A DNA stretch of 62,454 nt, filler included, from Chiloscyllium plagiosum (taxonomy: Eukaryota): the NCBI RefSeq assembly GCF_004010195.1. It is 4 parts of one record of this genome, joined end to end, with 100 filler letters (N's around TTAATTAATTAA, not from the genome) between each part and the next. Parts side by side here need not be neighbours in the genome. Positions count along the whole stretch, not along the records: positions 1 to 19,025 come from NC_057714.1; 3 more parts are not named here. One strand, 5' to 3'. The translations under genes and the position numbers were made by a program. Each line of letters begins with the position of its first letter. Position 1 is the stretch's first letter. Shown in pieces: positions 1 through 12,249 of this stretch. The notes below the pieces were generated by a model, which was given only the letters and a program-made list of their open reading frames with translations, was not told the DNA's origin and made no database searches.

Positions 1-650
1 AAAATGGGACAGTGAGAGGTGTGTGTGGGTGTGAGAGAGAGATGGAGAAAGAGGAAGAAGCAGAAAGATGAGAGGGAAGGAGGGATAGATGGTGGAAATG
101 ATAGGGAGGTAGAAATGGAGGATGGAAGAGGGAGAGGAGAGGAGGAGGGGCAAAACGAGAAAGGGAGAGAGAGTTAGTCTCTTTTATTCATTTTCCCCAT
201 GTCTGACCTCCCAAATGCAACAAATTGAGAGCATGGACCTGCGCTTGGGGGAGGGGAGCAGTCACACAGGAACTAACTGTCCGTGAGCTGGTTAACTGTG
301 GGGGGCCTCACACAGCCACTACAACACTGTGGGGGTGGTGGGATAGTCGCGGGGAGAGAGGAGGTTCCTTACCCAGCCCCCTATGTCTGCTCGACCAGGG
401 TGGTCCTCACAGTCAGAGTCACCCCCTCCCACCTCGAGCTCAGAGACCCCGGCTGTGCCAAAGAAAGGACAAGGGAGAATCTGCATTGCCACGTCACCTT
501 TCCCGTCCTCTGGGACCGCTGCTGGCCAGGCTGCGGAGGGTCTGTTGCAGGGGCAGACAGGGCACGCGAGACCCCCCCACCCCTGGGCCTGGCCTGCGGC
601 CGGGTTCATACAGGCCTGAGCCTGAGACAGGAAACGGCTCGTGTTCATAC

Positions 651-764
651 CACGTTCGGGTGTTTGTAGGTGCTCAGCAGAGCGTTGATTTCCCGGGACA
701 GACACCGTTGAGACTGCTGTTGCTGCTGTGGCCGCTGACAGATTGGGATGACCTTAATGGCGAC
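651..764 (-). CDS. TSSK5: TSSK5-like kinase, coding exon 2 (VAIKVIPICQRPQQQQQSQRCLSREINALLSTYKHPNV); the gene continues beyond the left edge of the window
   Basis: Acceptor TGTTCTGCCCTGTCTCTGCAG at 765 and donor GTATGA at 650; 114 nt, phase 0 at both ends. Encodes the kinase VAIK lysine, the alphaC glutamate (REI) and TYKHxN, matching my recollection of TSSK5 (VAIKIVS...PREILSLNATYKHMNI). Confidence 0.88.
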
Positions 765-2536
765 CTGCAGAGACAGGGCAGAACACAGTTAAAACTTTCT
801 CCACCGTCTAAAATCTTTCCAAACTTCTGCCAAGGCTGATGTCCTGATGAAGTGTTACGCCCAAAACGTCCACTCTCCTGCTCCTCGGATGCTGCCTGAC
901 CGGCTGTGCTTTTCCAGCACCACACTCTTGGACTCTGAAGGCATTCTATCCTTTACTACAAGAGAAATTGGACAGACATGTGCCTCAGTGAGACAGGACA
1001 CTGGTGTGACTGTCTTCAACACTGTGCGGTTTTAACACATGGGAGGGGAATCAGAGAGTGAAACCTGGAAGGTGGGGCGGTTTCCTGAAGAGGGAATGTT
1101 GTACAGTCTGGGTTTGTTCCCACTGGGAACGTAGAAGAGTGAAGTTTGATCCGATTGAAGAGTACACAATCCAGAATGGGCTTGACAAGGTGGACGTGGG
1201 AAAGGTGTTCCCTCTGGTGGGTCAGTCCAGAACGAGGGGTCACCTTTTCGGGGAAAAAGACAGAGTGATTTTTTTTTGCTCATTGGGTTGTGTGACTTTG
1301 GGAGTCAGTGCTGCCGCAGGCTGTAGGGGTGGGGTCATTGTGCCATACAGCACGGAAACAGACCCTTCGGCCCAACCCGTCCGTGCTGACCAAGTTTCCC
1401 AAACTAAACTCGTCCCGTTTGCCTGCTTAGGGCTCACGTCCCTGTAAACCTTTCCCTATCCGGGCACTTGTCCAAACATCTTTGAAATGCTGCCATTATA
1501 CCTGCCTCTACCACTGTACTTAAACACGCACCACCCTCTGTGTGAAAAAGTTGCCCCTTCCCATCCCTTTTAAATCTTTCCTCTCTCACCTTAAACCTAT
1601 ACTCTCTTGTTTTGGACTCCCTCACCCCAGGGAAAAGACCTCGTCTATTTACCCAATCCATATCCCTCATGATTTTATAAACCTCGATAATCTCTCAGCC
1701 TACTGTGCTCAAAGGGAAAAAAGTCCCAGTTTATCCAGCCTCTCCTTATAAACTATACCGTCCGGTCCCAGCAACAGGCTGGTAAATCTTTCTTGCACGC
1801 CAATTAAATAATATCCTTCTGCTATGTTTACAACAGACGTGGATCAAGTCTTGGCACCTGAAATGTTACCACTGTTTCTTTCGCCACGGATGTTGCCAGG
1901 CCTGCTGAGTTTCTCCAGCATTTTCTGTTTTTATTTCAGTTTTCCAGCAGTCCACAGTAGTTTGAGTGGATGGATTCTCGTTACACGGGGAATCAAGGGT
2001 TATTGGATTATTGAAGGATGTGAATGGTCTGGTTCTGCTGCCAGGACAAGCCCAGAATGACATACATCCAGAGAAGATCAATTCTAGCATGTTCGAATAC
2101 AGGAAAGCAGCCACTCAGCAAGTGCACAGCACAGGCTATGTGTACACTACAGGGGAGACAATGGTATACTGATATTATCACCAAACTATGAATCCAGAGA
2201 CCCAGATAGTGTTCCAGGGACCTGGGTTCAAACCCTGCCACTGCAGATGGTGGAATTTGAATTCAATACAAATCTGAGAGTGAGAGTACAATACTGACCC
2301 TGACTCCATTGTTGATTTTTGGAAAACCCATCTTGTTTAGTAAATGCCCTTGAGGGAAGGAAACTGCCTGCACATAACTCCAGACCCACAGCAACGTGGT
2401 TGGCTCTGAAATGTAGTGATGAGCAATAAATGCTGCCGAGCCAGCGATGCCTGAATCCCGTGAAGGAATAAAAACGATCTCACAGACAACAATGTGGGAA
2501 TGATCAGAAAACCCGTTTTAGAGGTGTTGACGCCCT

Positions 2537-5500
2537 GCACTGCGCCACTCTCTCAGCACTGACCCTCCGACAATGCGGCACTCCCTCAGTACTGACCCTC
2601 CGACAGTGCGGCGCTCCCTCAGCACTGACCCTCCAACAGTGCAGTATTCCCTCAGCTCTGACCCTCTGACAGTGCAGCACTCCCTCAGCACTGACCCTTC
2701 AACAGTGCAGCACTCCCTCAGCACTGACCCTCCGACAGTGCGGCGCTCCCTCATCACTGACCCTTCAACAATGTGGTGCTCACTCAGCACTGACCCCCCA
2801 ACAGTGCAGCACTCCCTCAGCACTGACCCTCTGACGGTACGGTGCTCCCTCATCACTAACCCTTCAACAGTGCACCACTCACTCAGCACTGACCCTCCGA
2901 CAGTGGGGCACTCCCTCAGCACTGACCCTCCGACAGTGCCCACTCCTTCAGCACTGATCCTCTGACAGTGCAGTGCTCCCTCAGCACTGATCCTCTGACA
3001 GTGCGGCACTCCCTCAGCACTGACCCTCTGACAGTGCAGTGCTCCCTCAGCACTGATCCTCTGACAGTGCGGCACTGACTCATCACTGACCCTCCGACAG
3101 TGCAGCACTCCCACAGCGCTGACACTCTGACAGTGCAGCGCTCCCTCAGCACTGACCCTTTGACAGTGCAGAGCTCCCTCAGCACTGACCCTCTAACAGT
3201 GCGGCGCCCCCTCAGTACTGACCCTCTGATAGTGCGGCACTCCCTCAGCACTGACCCTCCGACAGTGCAGCACATCCTCAGGACAGACCCTACGACAGTG
3301 TGGCACACCCTCAGCGCTGATTCTCCGACAGTGTGGCACTCCCTCAGCACTGACCCTCCGACAGTGTGGCACTCCCTCAACACTGACCCTCCAACAGTGC
3401 AGCATTCCCTCAGCACTGACCCTCCAACAGTGCGGCATTCCCTCAGCACTGACCCTGCTACAGTGCGGCTCTCCCTCAGCACTGACCCTCCGACAATGCA
3501 GCACTCCCTCACGACTGACCCTCCAACAGTGCGGCACTCCCTCAGCACTGACCCTCTGACAGAGTGGCGCTCCCTCAGCACTGACCCTCCGACAATGCAG
3601 CACTCCCTCAGAACTGACCCTCCAACAGTGCGGCACACCATCAGCACTGACCCTCCGACAGTGCTGCTCTCCCTCAGCACTGATCCCCTGACAGTGCAGT
3701 GCTCCCACAGCACTGACCCTCCGACAGTGCGGCACTCCCTCAGCACTGACCCTCCGACAGTGCGGCCCACCCTCAGCGCTGATCCACCGACAGTGCAGTG
3801 GTCCTTCAGCACTGATCCTCTGACAGTGCAACGCGCATTCAGCACTGACCCTTCGACAGTGCGGCACTGCCACAGCACTGACCCTCCGTCAGTGCGGCGC
3901 CCCCTCAGCACTGACCCTCCGACAGTGCGGCGCTCCCTCAGCACTGACCCTCTGACAGTGCGGCGCCCCCTCAGTACTGACCCTCTGATAGTGCGGCACA
4001 CCCTCAGCGCTGATCCTCTGACAGTGCAGTGCTCCCTCAGCACTGACCCTCCAGCAGTGTGGCGCTCCCTCAGCACCTACCCTCTGAAAGTGCAGCGCCC
4101 CCTCAGTACTGACCCACTGACTGTGCAGCACTCCCTCAGCACTGACCCTCCAACAGTGCGGCAGTCCCTCAGCAACAACCCTCCGACAGTGCAGTCCTCC
4201 CTCAGCACTGACCCTCTGACAGTGCGGGACTCCCTCAGCACTGACCCTCTGACAATGTGGCGCTCCCGCAGCACTGACCCTCCTACAGTGTGGCAGTCCC
4301 TCGGTGCTGACCCTCTGACAGTGTGGCACTCCCTCAGCACTGACCCTCTGACAGTGCGGCGCTCCCTCAGCACTGACCCTCTGACAGTGCGGCGCACCCT
4401 CAGTACTGACCCTCTGACAATGCAGCACTCCATCAGCACTGACCCTCCGACAGTGCAGCACTCCCTTAGCACTGACCCTCCACCACTCCGTCAGCACTGA
4501 TCCTCCGACAGTGCCCACTCCCTCAGCGTGATCCTCTGACAGTGCAGCGCTCATTCAGCACTGACCCTCTGATAGTGCGGCACTCCCTCAACACTGACCC
4601 TCTGACATTGCGGCACTCCCTCAGCACTGACACTCTGACAGTATGGCACTCCCTCAGCACTGACCCTCCGACAGTGTGGTGCTCCCTCAGCACAGACCCT
4701 CCGGCAGTGCGGCCCTCGCTCAGCACTGACCCTCTGACAATGTGGCGCTCCATCAGCACTGACCCTCTGACAGTGCGGCACTCCCTCAGCACTGACCCTC
4801 TGACAATGTGGCGCTCCCGCAGCACTGACCCTCTGACAGTGCGGCACTCCCTCAGCACTGACCCTCTGACAGTGCAGCACTCCCTCAGCACTGACCCTCT
4901 GACAGTGCGGCGCTCCCTCAGCACTGACCCTCTGACAGTGCGGCGCCCCCTCAGTACTGACCCTCTGACAATGCAGCACTCCATCAGCACTGACCCTCCG
5001 ACAGTGCAGCACTCCCTTAGCACTGACCCTCCAACAGTGCGGCACACCCTCAGCGTTGATCTTCCGACAGTGCTGTGGTCCCTCAGCACTGACCATCTGA
5101 CTATGTGGCACTCCCTCAGCACTGACCCTCTGACAGTGCGGCACTCCCTCAGCACTGACCCTCTGACAGTACCCACTCCCTCAGCACTGACCCTCTGACA
5201 GTGCAGCACTCCCACAGCACCTACCCTCTGAAAGTGCAGCGCCCCCTCAGTACTGACCCTCTGACAGTGCAGTAGTCCCTCAGCACTGACCCTCTGACCG
5301 TGCGGCACTCCCTCAGCACTGACCCTCTGACAGCCCAGCACTCCCACAGCACTGACCCTCTGAAAGTGCGGCGCCCCCTCAGTACTGACCCTCTGACAGT
5401 GCAGCACTCCCTCAGCACTGACCCTCCGACAGGGCGGCGCTCCATCAGCACTGACCGTCTGACAGCATGGCACTCCCTCAGCACTGACCCTCCGACACTC

Positions 5501-5759
5501 CAGTGGTCCCTCAGCGCTGACCCTCCGACAGTGCGGCACTCATTCAGCACTGACCCTCCGACAGTGTCCACTCCCTCAGCACTGACCCTCTGACCGTGCA
5601 GTGCTCCCTCAGCACTGACACTCCGACAGTATGGCACTCCCTCAGCACAGACCCTCCGACAGTGCGGCACTCCCTCAGCACTGACCCTCCGACAGTGCGG
5701 CGCTCCCTCAGCACTGACCCTCCGACAGTGCCCACTCCCTCAGCACTGACTGTCCGACA
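2537..5759. repeat. 33-bp minisatellite array (about 97 units) inside the TSSK5 intron
   Basis: Unit ACAGTGCGGCACTCCCTCAGCACTGACCCTC(C/T)G; translates as (STDPPTVRHSL)n on plus and (RECRTVGGSVL)n on minus; occasional 32-bp units shift the frame. Confidence 0.95.
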
Positions 5760-6420
5760 GAAGGAAATCTGCTACCTTCACCTGGTCTGGCCTACAAGAG
5801 ACTCCAAACCCTGCAGCAATGGGAATGTCTCTTAAATGCCTCCTGAAATGGCTTAGCAAGAGCCTCAGTAACCAGTATAAAATCTTGAAGGATTGAAACT
5901 AGATGGAGCAGCTGGTAATGACTCAGCCCCATAACACTGCCACACGCTCTTTACTAACATTGTAAGGTTTGTGCTAACGCTGGGACTGTTCTCTCTCAGA
6001 CCAGCCAACAACCGGTTCAAATATTCATCTCCTTCAACAGCAGCTTCCAACCCCATGACCACTTCCATCTCAAAGGACAAGGCCAGCAGAGACATGGGAA
6101 CACCATCCTCTGCCCATCCTTCCAGGCCATTCACCATCCTGACTTGGAAATATATCGCCGTTCCTTCACTGTCGCTGGGTCAAAGTCCTGGAATTCCCTC
6201 CCCAACGGCATTGTGGGTCTACCTACATCACATGGACTACAGCGGTTCAAGATGGCAGCTCACCTCCACCTTCTATCCAATAAAAGAATTTTTAAAGATA
6301 TTGGCCAAGTGTTGGCAAATAGCACTGGATTGGGTTGGGATATCTCGGTGGCATGGATGGGTTGGACCGAAGGGTCTGTTTCCATGGTGAACATCACTGT
6401 AACTATATAAAGATACTTAC

Positions 6421-6654
6421 CCTCTTCTCTTTCTTGTTGTGGAGACCAACAGCCAATCGGAAATTGCAGCAGATCTTATCCTGGGTTGGGACTGCCAGAT
6501 ACACTCGGGAGAATGAACCGGAGCCGATTTTCCTGGTGAGCAGGTAGCCCCTCTCCCTGCACTCACTCACCTCATCCACCTTGGCTTCATCCATAACCAG
6601 TGACCCAGACTTGACCATGTGTGCCTTGGGAGGCTGGGAGAAAGCAACGACCAT
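6421..6654 (-). CDS. TSSK5: TSSK5-like kinase, coding exon 1 (...ECRERGYLLTRKIGSGSFSRVYLAVPTQDKICCNFRLAVGLHNKKEKR)
   Basis: Glycine-rich loop KIGSGSFSRVY followed by the TSSK5-type insert before VAIK. Donor GTAAGT at 6420, phase 0, in frame with 651-764. In-frame TGA upstream of ATG 6654. The true start could be a downstream Met (MVKSG or MDEAK). Confidence 0.9.
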
Positions 6655-6845
6655 GAGGAAAGGCCAGAGCCCTCAGTTCATCCTTGATGCTTCTTCGTGG
6701 GTCAGACAGGTCCAGTGTAAGCATACGGACATTGAGGAAGGTATCTGGTGACGGTCTGGTTCAAGAGTTTGCAATCAGGCTCTCTCCCTTCCTGTCCTGG
6801 TCAGTTTGTGCCGTTTCCTGAGAGGCTGACTTCCAAATTCTCTTT
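6655..6845 (-). other. Probable 5' UTR portion of the TSSK5-like ATG-containing exon
   Basis: Strong acceptor GTATTTTCTTTTAG ending at 6846; unique sequence runs from there to the ATG at 6654. Confidence 0.55.
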
Positions 6846-7009
6846 CTAAAAGAAAATACACCGTTCCAGAATGTGCTTTTTTTTTGGCCAATAGAACAAT
6901 CTAGAATTGGAACCTCCCGGGTGTTCCACATTCCAGTCTGTCTTTGTTCAATGCGACGCTGTATGTGTTTAACTCCCTCCGTCCCATTCCCTCGGCTTGC
7001 TGACCTTAC

Positions 7010-7075
7010 ACCATCTCCCAGTCTGACCACACCTCAACTATCCTCATGTTTGGAAATCCCCCTTTCCGTTCTGTC
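7010..7075 (-). other. Candidate non-coding leader exon of the TSSK5-like gene (5' end approximate)
   Basis: Donor GTAAGG at 7009 pairs with the acceptor at 6846 (164-nt intron); lies just downstream of an X-box-like motif. Confidence 0.45.
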
Positions 7076-7118
7076 AGCGCCATGGCAACCGAATTCCTTG
7101 GCCAGGCTCCTTGATAAC
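7076..7118 (-). promoter_or_regulatory. RFX X-box-like elements in the putative TSSK5 promoter
   Basis: GTTGCCATGGCGCT (7089-7076) matches the first 11 nt of the palindromic X-box GTTGCCATGGCAAC; a weaker GGCTCCTTGATAAC lies at 7105-7118. Confidence 0.5.
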
Positions 7119-7449
7119 GGTTTCCTTAACTCATTGTCGATGAAATGGGAAGTAACCCAAGTAATTAGCATTGATCAATAACGTTGTGTTTGTATAGACG
7201 GTGGTTTACACAACTAGTTCACAGGAGTTAATGCCCCAGAATAGGATTAGACCCTTTGGTCCCTCTAGCCTGCACTGCTGTTCCAGATCATGATGGGGAG
7301 CTGCTGGTGTTGGACTTGGGTGGACACACGACACCAGGTTACAGTCCAACAGGTTTATTTGAAATCACAAGCGCTCCAAAAGCTTGAGAGTTCAAATACA
7401 TCTGTTGGACTCTAACCTGGTGTCGTGTGACTTCCGACCCTGTTCCAGA

Positions 7450-8935
7450 TCATGTCTGATTGGGCCCCGTCTCTAAGGAAGGATGTGCTGGCCTTGGAGA
7501 GGGTCCAGGGGAGTTTACCAGAATGATCCCGGTGGGGGGGGTGAAGGGTTTGTCACATGAGGAGGGGTAGAGGGCTCTGGGTCTGTCCTCGATGGAGTTT
7601 ATGATGGAGGGAGGAATCTGATTGAAATTACCAAATACTGAGAGGCCTGGATACCGTGTGGATGTAGGGATGTTTCCGCAAGTAGAAGAGACTAGGACCG
7701 AAGGGTACAGCCTCAGTGTGACGGGATAGCTCTTCAGAACTGAAATGGGGAGGAATTTCTTCAGACAGAGGGTGGGGAATACGTGGGACTCTTTGCTGCA
7801 GAGGGCTATGGAGGCCAAGTCATTGTATTTAAGACAGAGATAGATAGGCTCTTGATTGGTAAAGGGATCAAAGATTACAGGAAGAGACAGGAGAATGGGG
7901 TTGAGAAACATATTAGCCACAATTGAATGCTGGAGCAGACTCAATGGGCTGAATGGTTTAATTCTGTTCCTTCACTGTATGGTTTTACAATCGTATCATC
8001 TGCTTCAATGTCAGGTTTCCATGCTAATCCAACATCCCTTGATGTTGTTAGTAAAAACAAATCTATCACAGTCTCCCTTGAACTTAATACCATCAGCTTC
8101 CATAGCTCTCAGAGACAGAGATCTGAACCCTCTTACTGAAGAGGTTCTTCCTCACCTCTGTGCCATATGGGCTTGGCCCTGATTCTGAGACTGTGTCCCT
8201 TGGTTGTAGACCACAGAACCAGGTCAAACATCCTTCCTGCATTTACTCCGTCCACCCCTCGAAGTATTCTGTAAGGTTCTATGAGATTGCCTCTCCTTCT
8301 GAACTCCAGGGAATATAGGCCCAACCTTCTCAAAATCTCCTCATGGGACAGTCTCATTATCCCAGGAAACAGTCTGGTGAACCTCCATTGTGTTCCCTCT
8401 GTGGTAAGTATGTAGGCATGACTGTGAGAACTGGGAACAGGAGTGGGCCATTCAGCCCCTCAAACCTGCTCCACCGTTCAACAGGATCCTACATTCCTCA
8501 CATCCATTTTCCTGCCCTTTCCCCAACTTATCAAGACGCTATTGATCTCAGCCTGAAATGTCCACAATGACTCTGCCCCCTACAGCTCTCTGTGGCAAGG
8601 TGTTCCGAAGACTCTCAATCCTCTGAGAGAAGCAATTCCCTCCTCATCTCAGTCTTCAGTTGGTGTCCCTATATTCTGAGGCAGTGCCCTCTGGCCCTCG
8701 ACTCTCCCATGAGGGGAAACACCCTCTCAGCATTGACCCTGTCGAGCACGTTGACAATCGGATATGTTTCGGTGAGATCCCCTCCCATTCTCCTCAACCC
8801 CAGGGAGTAGAGTCCCAACATGTTTAACCTTTGCTCATAAGACAATCCCTCCATCCCTCATCCTAGTGAACCTTTGCTGAACCACCTCTGATGAAATAAT
8901 ATAGTTTCTTCAATAAGTGGAGCAAAACTGCACAC
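7450..8935. mobile_element. CR1 LINE 3' fragments in both orientations (7450-7990 +; 8000-8400 and 8420-8935 -)
   Basis: GLYSLEFRR, FPLMGESR, NFFRQRVG-type motifs. Confidence 0.8.
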
Positions 8936-10351
8936 CTTACTCTCACAGTCCTTTAACTATAACTGTCTTAGTTCTAACTTAATTTTGTAGAATTGGAAAG
9001 CAACTACTTTTCAATTTATTCCTCTTTAGTATCCAAGATTTGTACCATTAGAGTCAGCCATTGTAAAAATGTTTCACTGTGCTCCTGTACTTCTGGACTG
9101 GAGTACATGTGACAATAAAAGGATATTCTATTTTCCAGTTGCAGTAAGACTTCCCTACTCTGATGAACATTTCACTGCACTCATTCGTTCATACTCCAAC
9201 CGCCGTGAAATAAGGGCCTACATTCCATGACCCTTCCTGATTCCCTGCTGCCCCTGTCTGCTGGCTTTCTGTGTTTCATGTACAACTCCCCCAAAGTCCC
9301 ACTGTGTTGCAGCTTTCTGTGGTTTCTCTCCATTCAAGGGGACCAAGACTGCACACAATACTTCGGATGCAGTCTCTGCCAATGTTCTGTACAATTGAAG
9401 CAAGATAAAGGCTAATATCTCCTGATAAAGGCTAACGTACCACTTGCCTTCTGAATGACTTGTGTCCCCACCCCCTCGGGGCAGGGCACTGGAAATCAAA
9501 CCCCAGTTTTCCTGGAGTTGTCACAAATGTGAAAACCTGATGAAAGCCCCAATTTCCCCATCCTACCTGACTGTTTAATCCAGAAGAACATGCATACAAG
9601 CTTTTTATCATTAGGCTGGTACAATTGCAACATTTAAGAGGCATTTGGATGGGCATATGAATAGGAAGGGTTTGGAGGGATATGGGCCGGGTGCTGGCAG
9701 GTGGGACTAGATTGGGTTGGGATATCTGGTTGGCCTGGGCAGGTTGGACCGAAGGGTCTGTTTCTATACTGTACATCTCTATGACTCTGTAAGAAAATCA
9801 CTAATTGTTACTCGCAAGCAATTTTAACCAACACCAGATATAAATTGCTAAAATATAACTCTATAACTTAAACTCTAACACTTTAAAAAAAAACTATACA
9901 CTTACAAAAATACACACAAAGAGATAAAACCACTCACAAATACTATGGGTGGGAAGTGAAAATAAATCTCTGAAGCACGGTTCTGGCACCAGTCTGGACC
10001 TGTGGACATCAATGAGGTGTGTTCCATCAGTTCCCTACCAATTCCTTCTGACTCTTTGAGGATGACATGAAGTTGTAGTCACGTTGATTTCAATCATTCA
10101 TTCACCATTGTCCCTTTGCAGTGTCTCTGAAGGTAGTGCTCCAGTTCCTCTTTCGGGAAGGGAATTTTCAGAGAGAAAGAGTGAGTAGCTATCAGCTTTG
10201 AATTTTCTTTTACCTTCTCCACTCGCAGGAGGGTGGCAGAGAGACAGAGATTATTTCTGTTGTATTGTCCAAGCACAAACCTGTAACCACTCACCCAGGA
10301 TCCAATCAAGAAACTGTTACTCTGCTGAGTCCTCCCGAACATGATGTGTAG

Positions 10352-10556
10352 GAGCCGGTGTTGGACTGGGGTGGACAAAATTAAAAGTCACACAGCACCA
10401 GGTTATAGTCCAATAGGTTTATTTGGAAGCACTAGTTTTCGGAGCACTGCTCCTTCGTCAGGTAGCTGTCTGATGAAGGAGCAGCATTCCGAAAGCTAAT
10501 ACTTCTAAATAAAACTGCTGGACTGTAATCTGGTGTTGTGTGATTTTTAACTTTGC
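10352..10556. mobile_element. Short palindromic element (family B) with a hammerhead core; other copies near 7296-7440, 28647-28857 and 30820-31020
   Basis: Inverted arms ACACCAGGTTATAGTCCAA...TTTATTTGGAAGCACTAG; core CTGATGA-AGGAGCAGCATTCC-GAAAGCTA at 10470-10498. Confidence 0.8.
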
Positions 10557-11279
10557 CCTCCTGAACACACATATGCAACTGGCCTTGGCTGAACAACCAA
10601 TCAGAAGTCTGTCCTAGGACTAAACCCCGACCGAGCAGAGGTGTCCTGGTGTTTGAATAAGGCCGTTCTGTGGAGACAACACACATTGCGTTCGGGTAAC
10701 ACTATTGTTTCAAATGAGCTGGACTAAAATGTTTCTCAGTTCTGGATCCCTGTGAACTGAAAACAATGCGAATGGCCTCGAATGTTTACTCTAGCTGTGG
10801 TAAAGTGATCAGTGTAAATATTACAACATAGGAATCTGTACTCAGCTGCCTTCTGATTTAATCACTGTTCCAGAAGGACTATCTGACCTTCGTTCTCTTT
10901 AAGAAAAAGGCAACACTTTCTAGAAGTAACCGACACCCATCAGGTCTCTAGCTTAAAACATCATTACATACCATTCATCATAATATAGATTGCAATATGC
11001 AGGACCCAGCACTAATCCCTGTGGCACTCTGCTTCCAGCTCGCCATTTATACCTCCTCTCTGTTTCCTGTAGGCTAACAAGCCCTTTATCCACACTCATC
11101 TGTTACCCCCTACACCACGTGCTGTTCTCTTGGGAGAGAGGGGGTGAAAGCCAGGATGGAAGGGTCAAGGAAATGAGGAGAAAGTGAGGACTGCAGATGC
11201 TGGAGACCAGAGTTGAAAAGTGTGGTGCTGGAAAAGTGCAGCAGGCCAGGCAGCATCCGAGGGGTCAAGGAAATGAGGA

Positions 11280-11900
11280 CAAGGAGTGAGTGGTGATGAA
11301 GGAAAATGATGGAATGGGGATGGATGGCTAGAGGGTGGAAGGATTTAGAATGGAGTGAGTGAGGAAGGAGTGACTGAGAATGGATTAGAGGGAGTGAGGG
11401 TGCAGGGGGTGATCATTGAAGGAGGGATGGATGGGGATAAAGGCAGGGAAGAGGAGGGAAAGAGACAAAAGGAGGAGGAAGAGGTGGAGGAGGGACCAAA
11501 GAGGAATGGATCGCAGAACAGATGGAGGAGGGTAGACGAGTGGGGATGAAAGAGGGAGTGAGTGTGAGGAAGTGAGAATGGATAGAGTGAGAAAGGAGTG
11601 TGAAGGAGGAGGAAATGTAAGTTGTGAGAGTGGAGATCATGAGAGATGGGAATGGGTGTGTGAGGGAGGAAGTGAGGATGGAGAGAAGGATGAGAGTGAT
11701 TGAGGGAATGAGGATGGAGTAAGGTGAGGGAAAGAATGAGGATGGAGGGTGTGACAATGGAGAGAGAGAGTGAGGATGGAGGGGATAAAGATGGAGGAAG
11801 TGGGGATGGTGGGTCTGAGGATAGAGGGAGTGAGGAATGGGAATGAGCGTGGATAGAGGGCGTGAATGGCAGGAGGGAAAGGAGTAAGGGTGAGGGAGGA
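11280..11900. repeat. Purine-rich (GA/GGA) low-complexity tract; similar tracts at 1-175, 23600-23665, 33040-33199 (C-rich) and 40330-40900 ((CT)n and (GT)n)
   Basis: Base composition seen directly. Confidence 0.85.
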
Positions 11901-12249
11901 TGCATCTTCTCAACATCTATCCTGCCAAGGTCCATCAGAACCTTGTATGTTTGAGTAAGATTAGATTCCCTACAGTGTGGAAGCAGGCCCTTCGGCCCAA
12001 CAAGTCCACACCGACCCTCCAAAGAGTAACCCAATCAGACCAAACTCGCCTGAGGCAGTAATCGAACCCGGGTCCCTGGTGCTGTGAGGCATCAGTGCTA
12101 ACCACTGAGCCACCATGCCACCCCCCCGGCCCCCACCCCTCAGGTCATTAACATAGATTAATATTAACTGGAGCCCTAGATTTGATCTTTGTGACACTCT
12201 ACCAGGATGTTGCCGGGTATGGAAGATTTGAGTTATACCTGCACCCATA

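Noticed and set aside
225..839. GC-rich ORFs and a minus-strand donor GTAAGG near 372
   Set aside because: Only 651-764 encodes kinase sequence; the rest shows no similarity to the expected next TSSK5 exon.
2537..5759. CRISPR-like array
   Set aside because: Contiguous tandem units without unique spacers, no cas genes, vertebrate context.
2518..5835. Many long ORFs (up to 466 aa) on both strands
   Set aside because: Translations of a 33-bp tandem repeat inside an intron; frames are broken by 32-bp units and there is no splice or domain support.
11345..12034. Pro/Ser/His/Leu-rich 229-aa ORF
   Set aside because: Product of a pyrimidine-rich low-complexity strand joined to a SINE.
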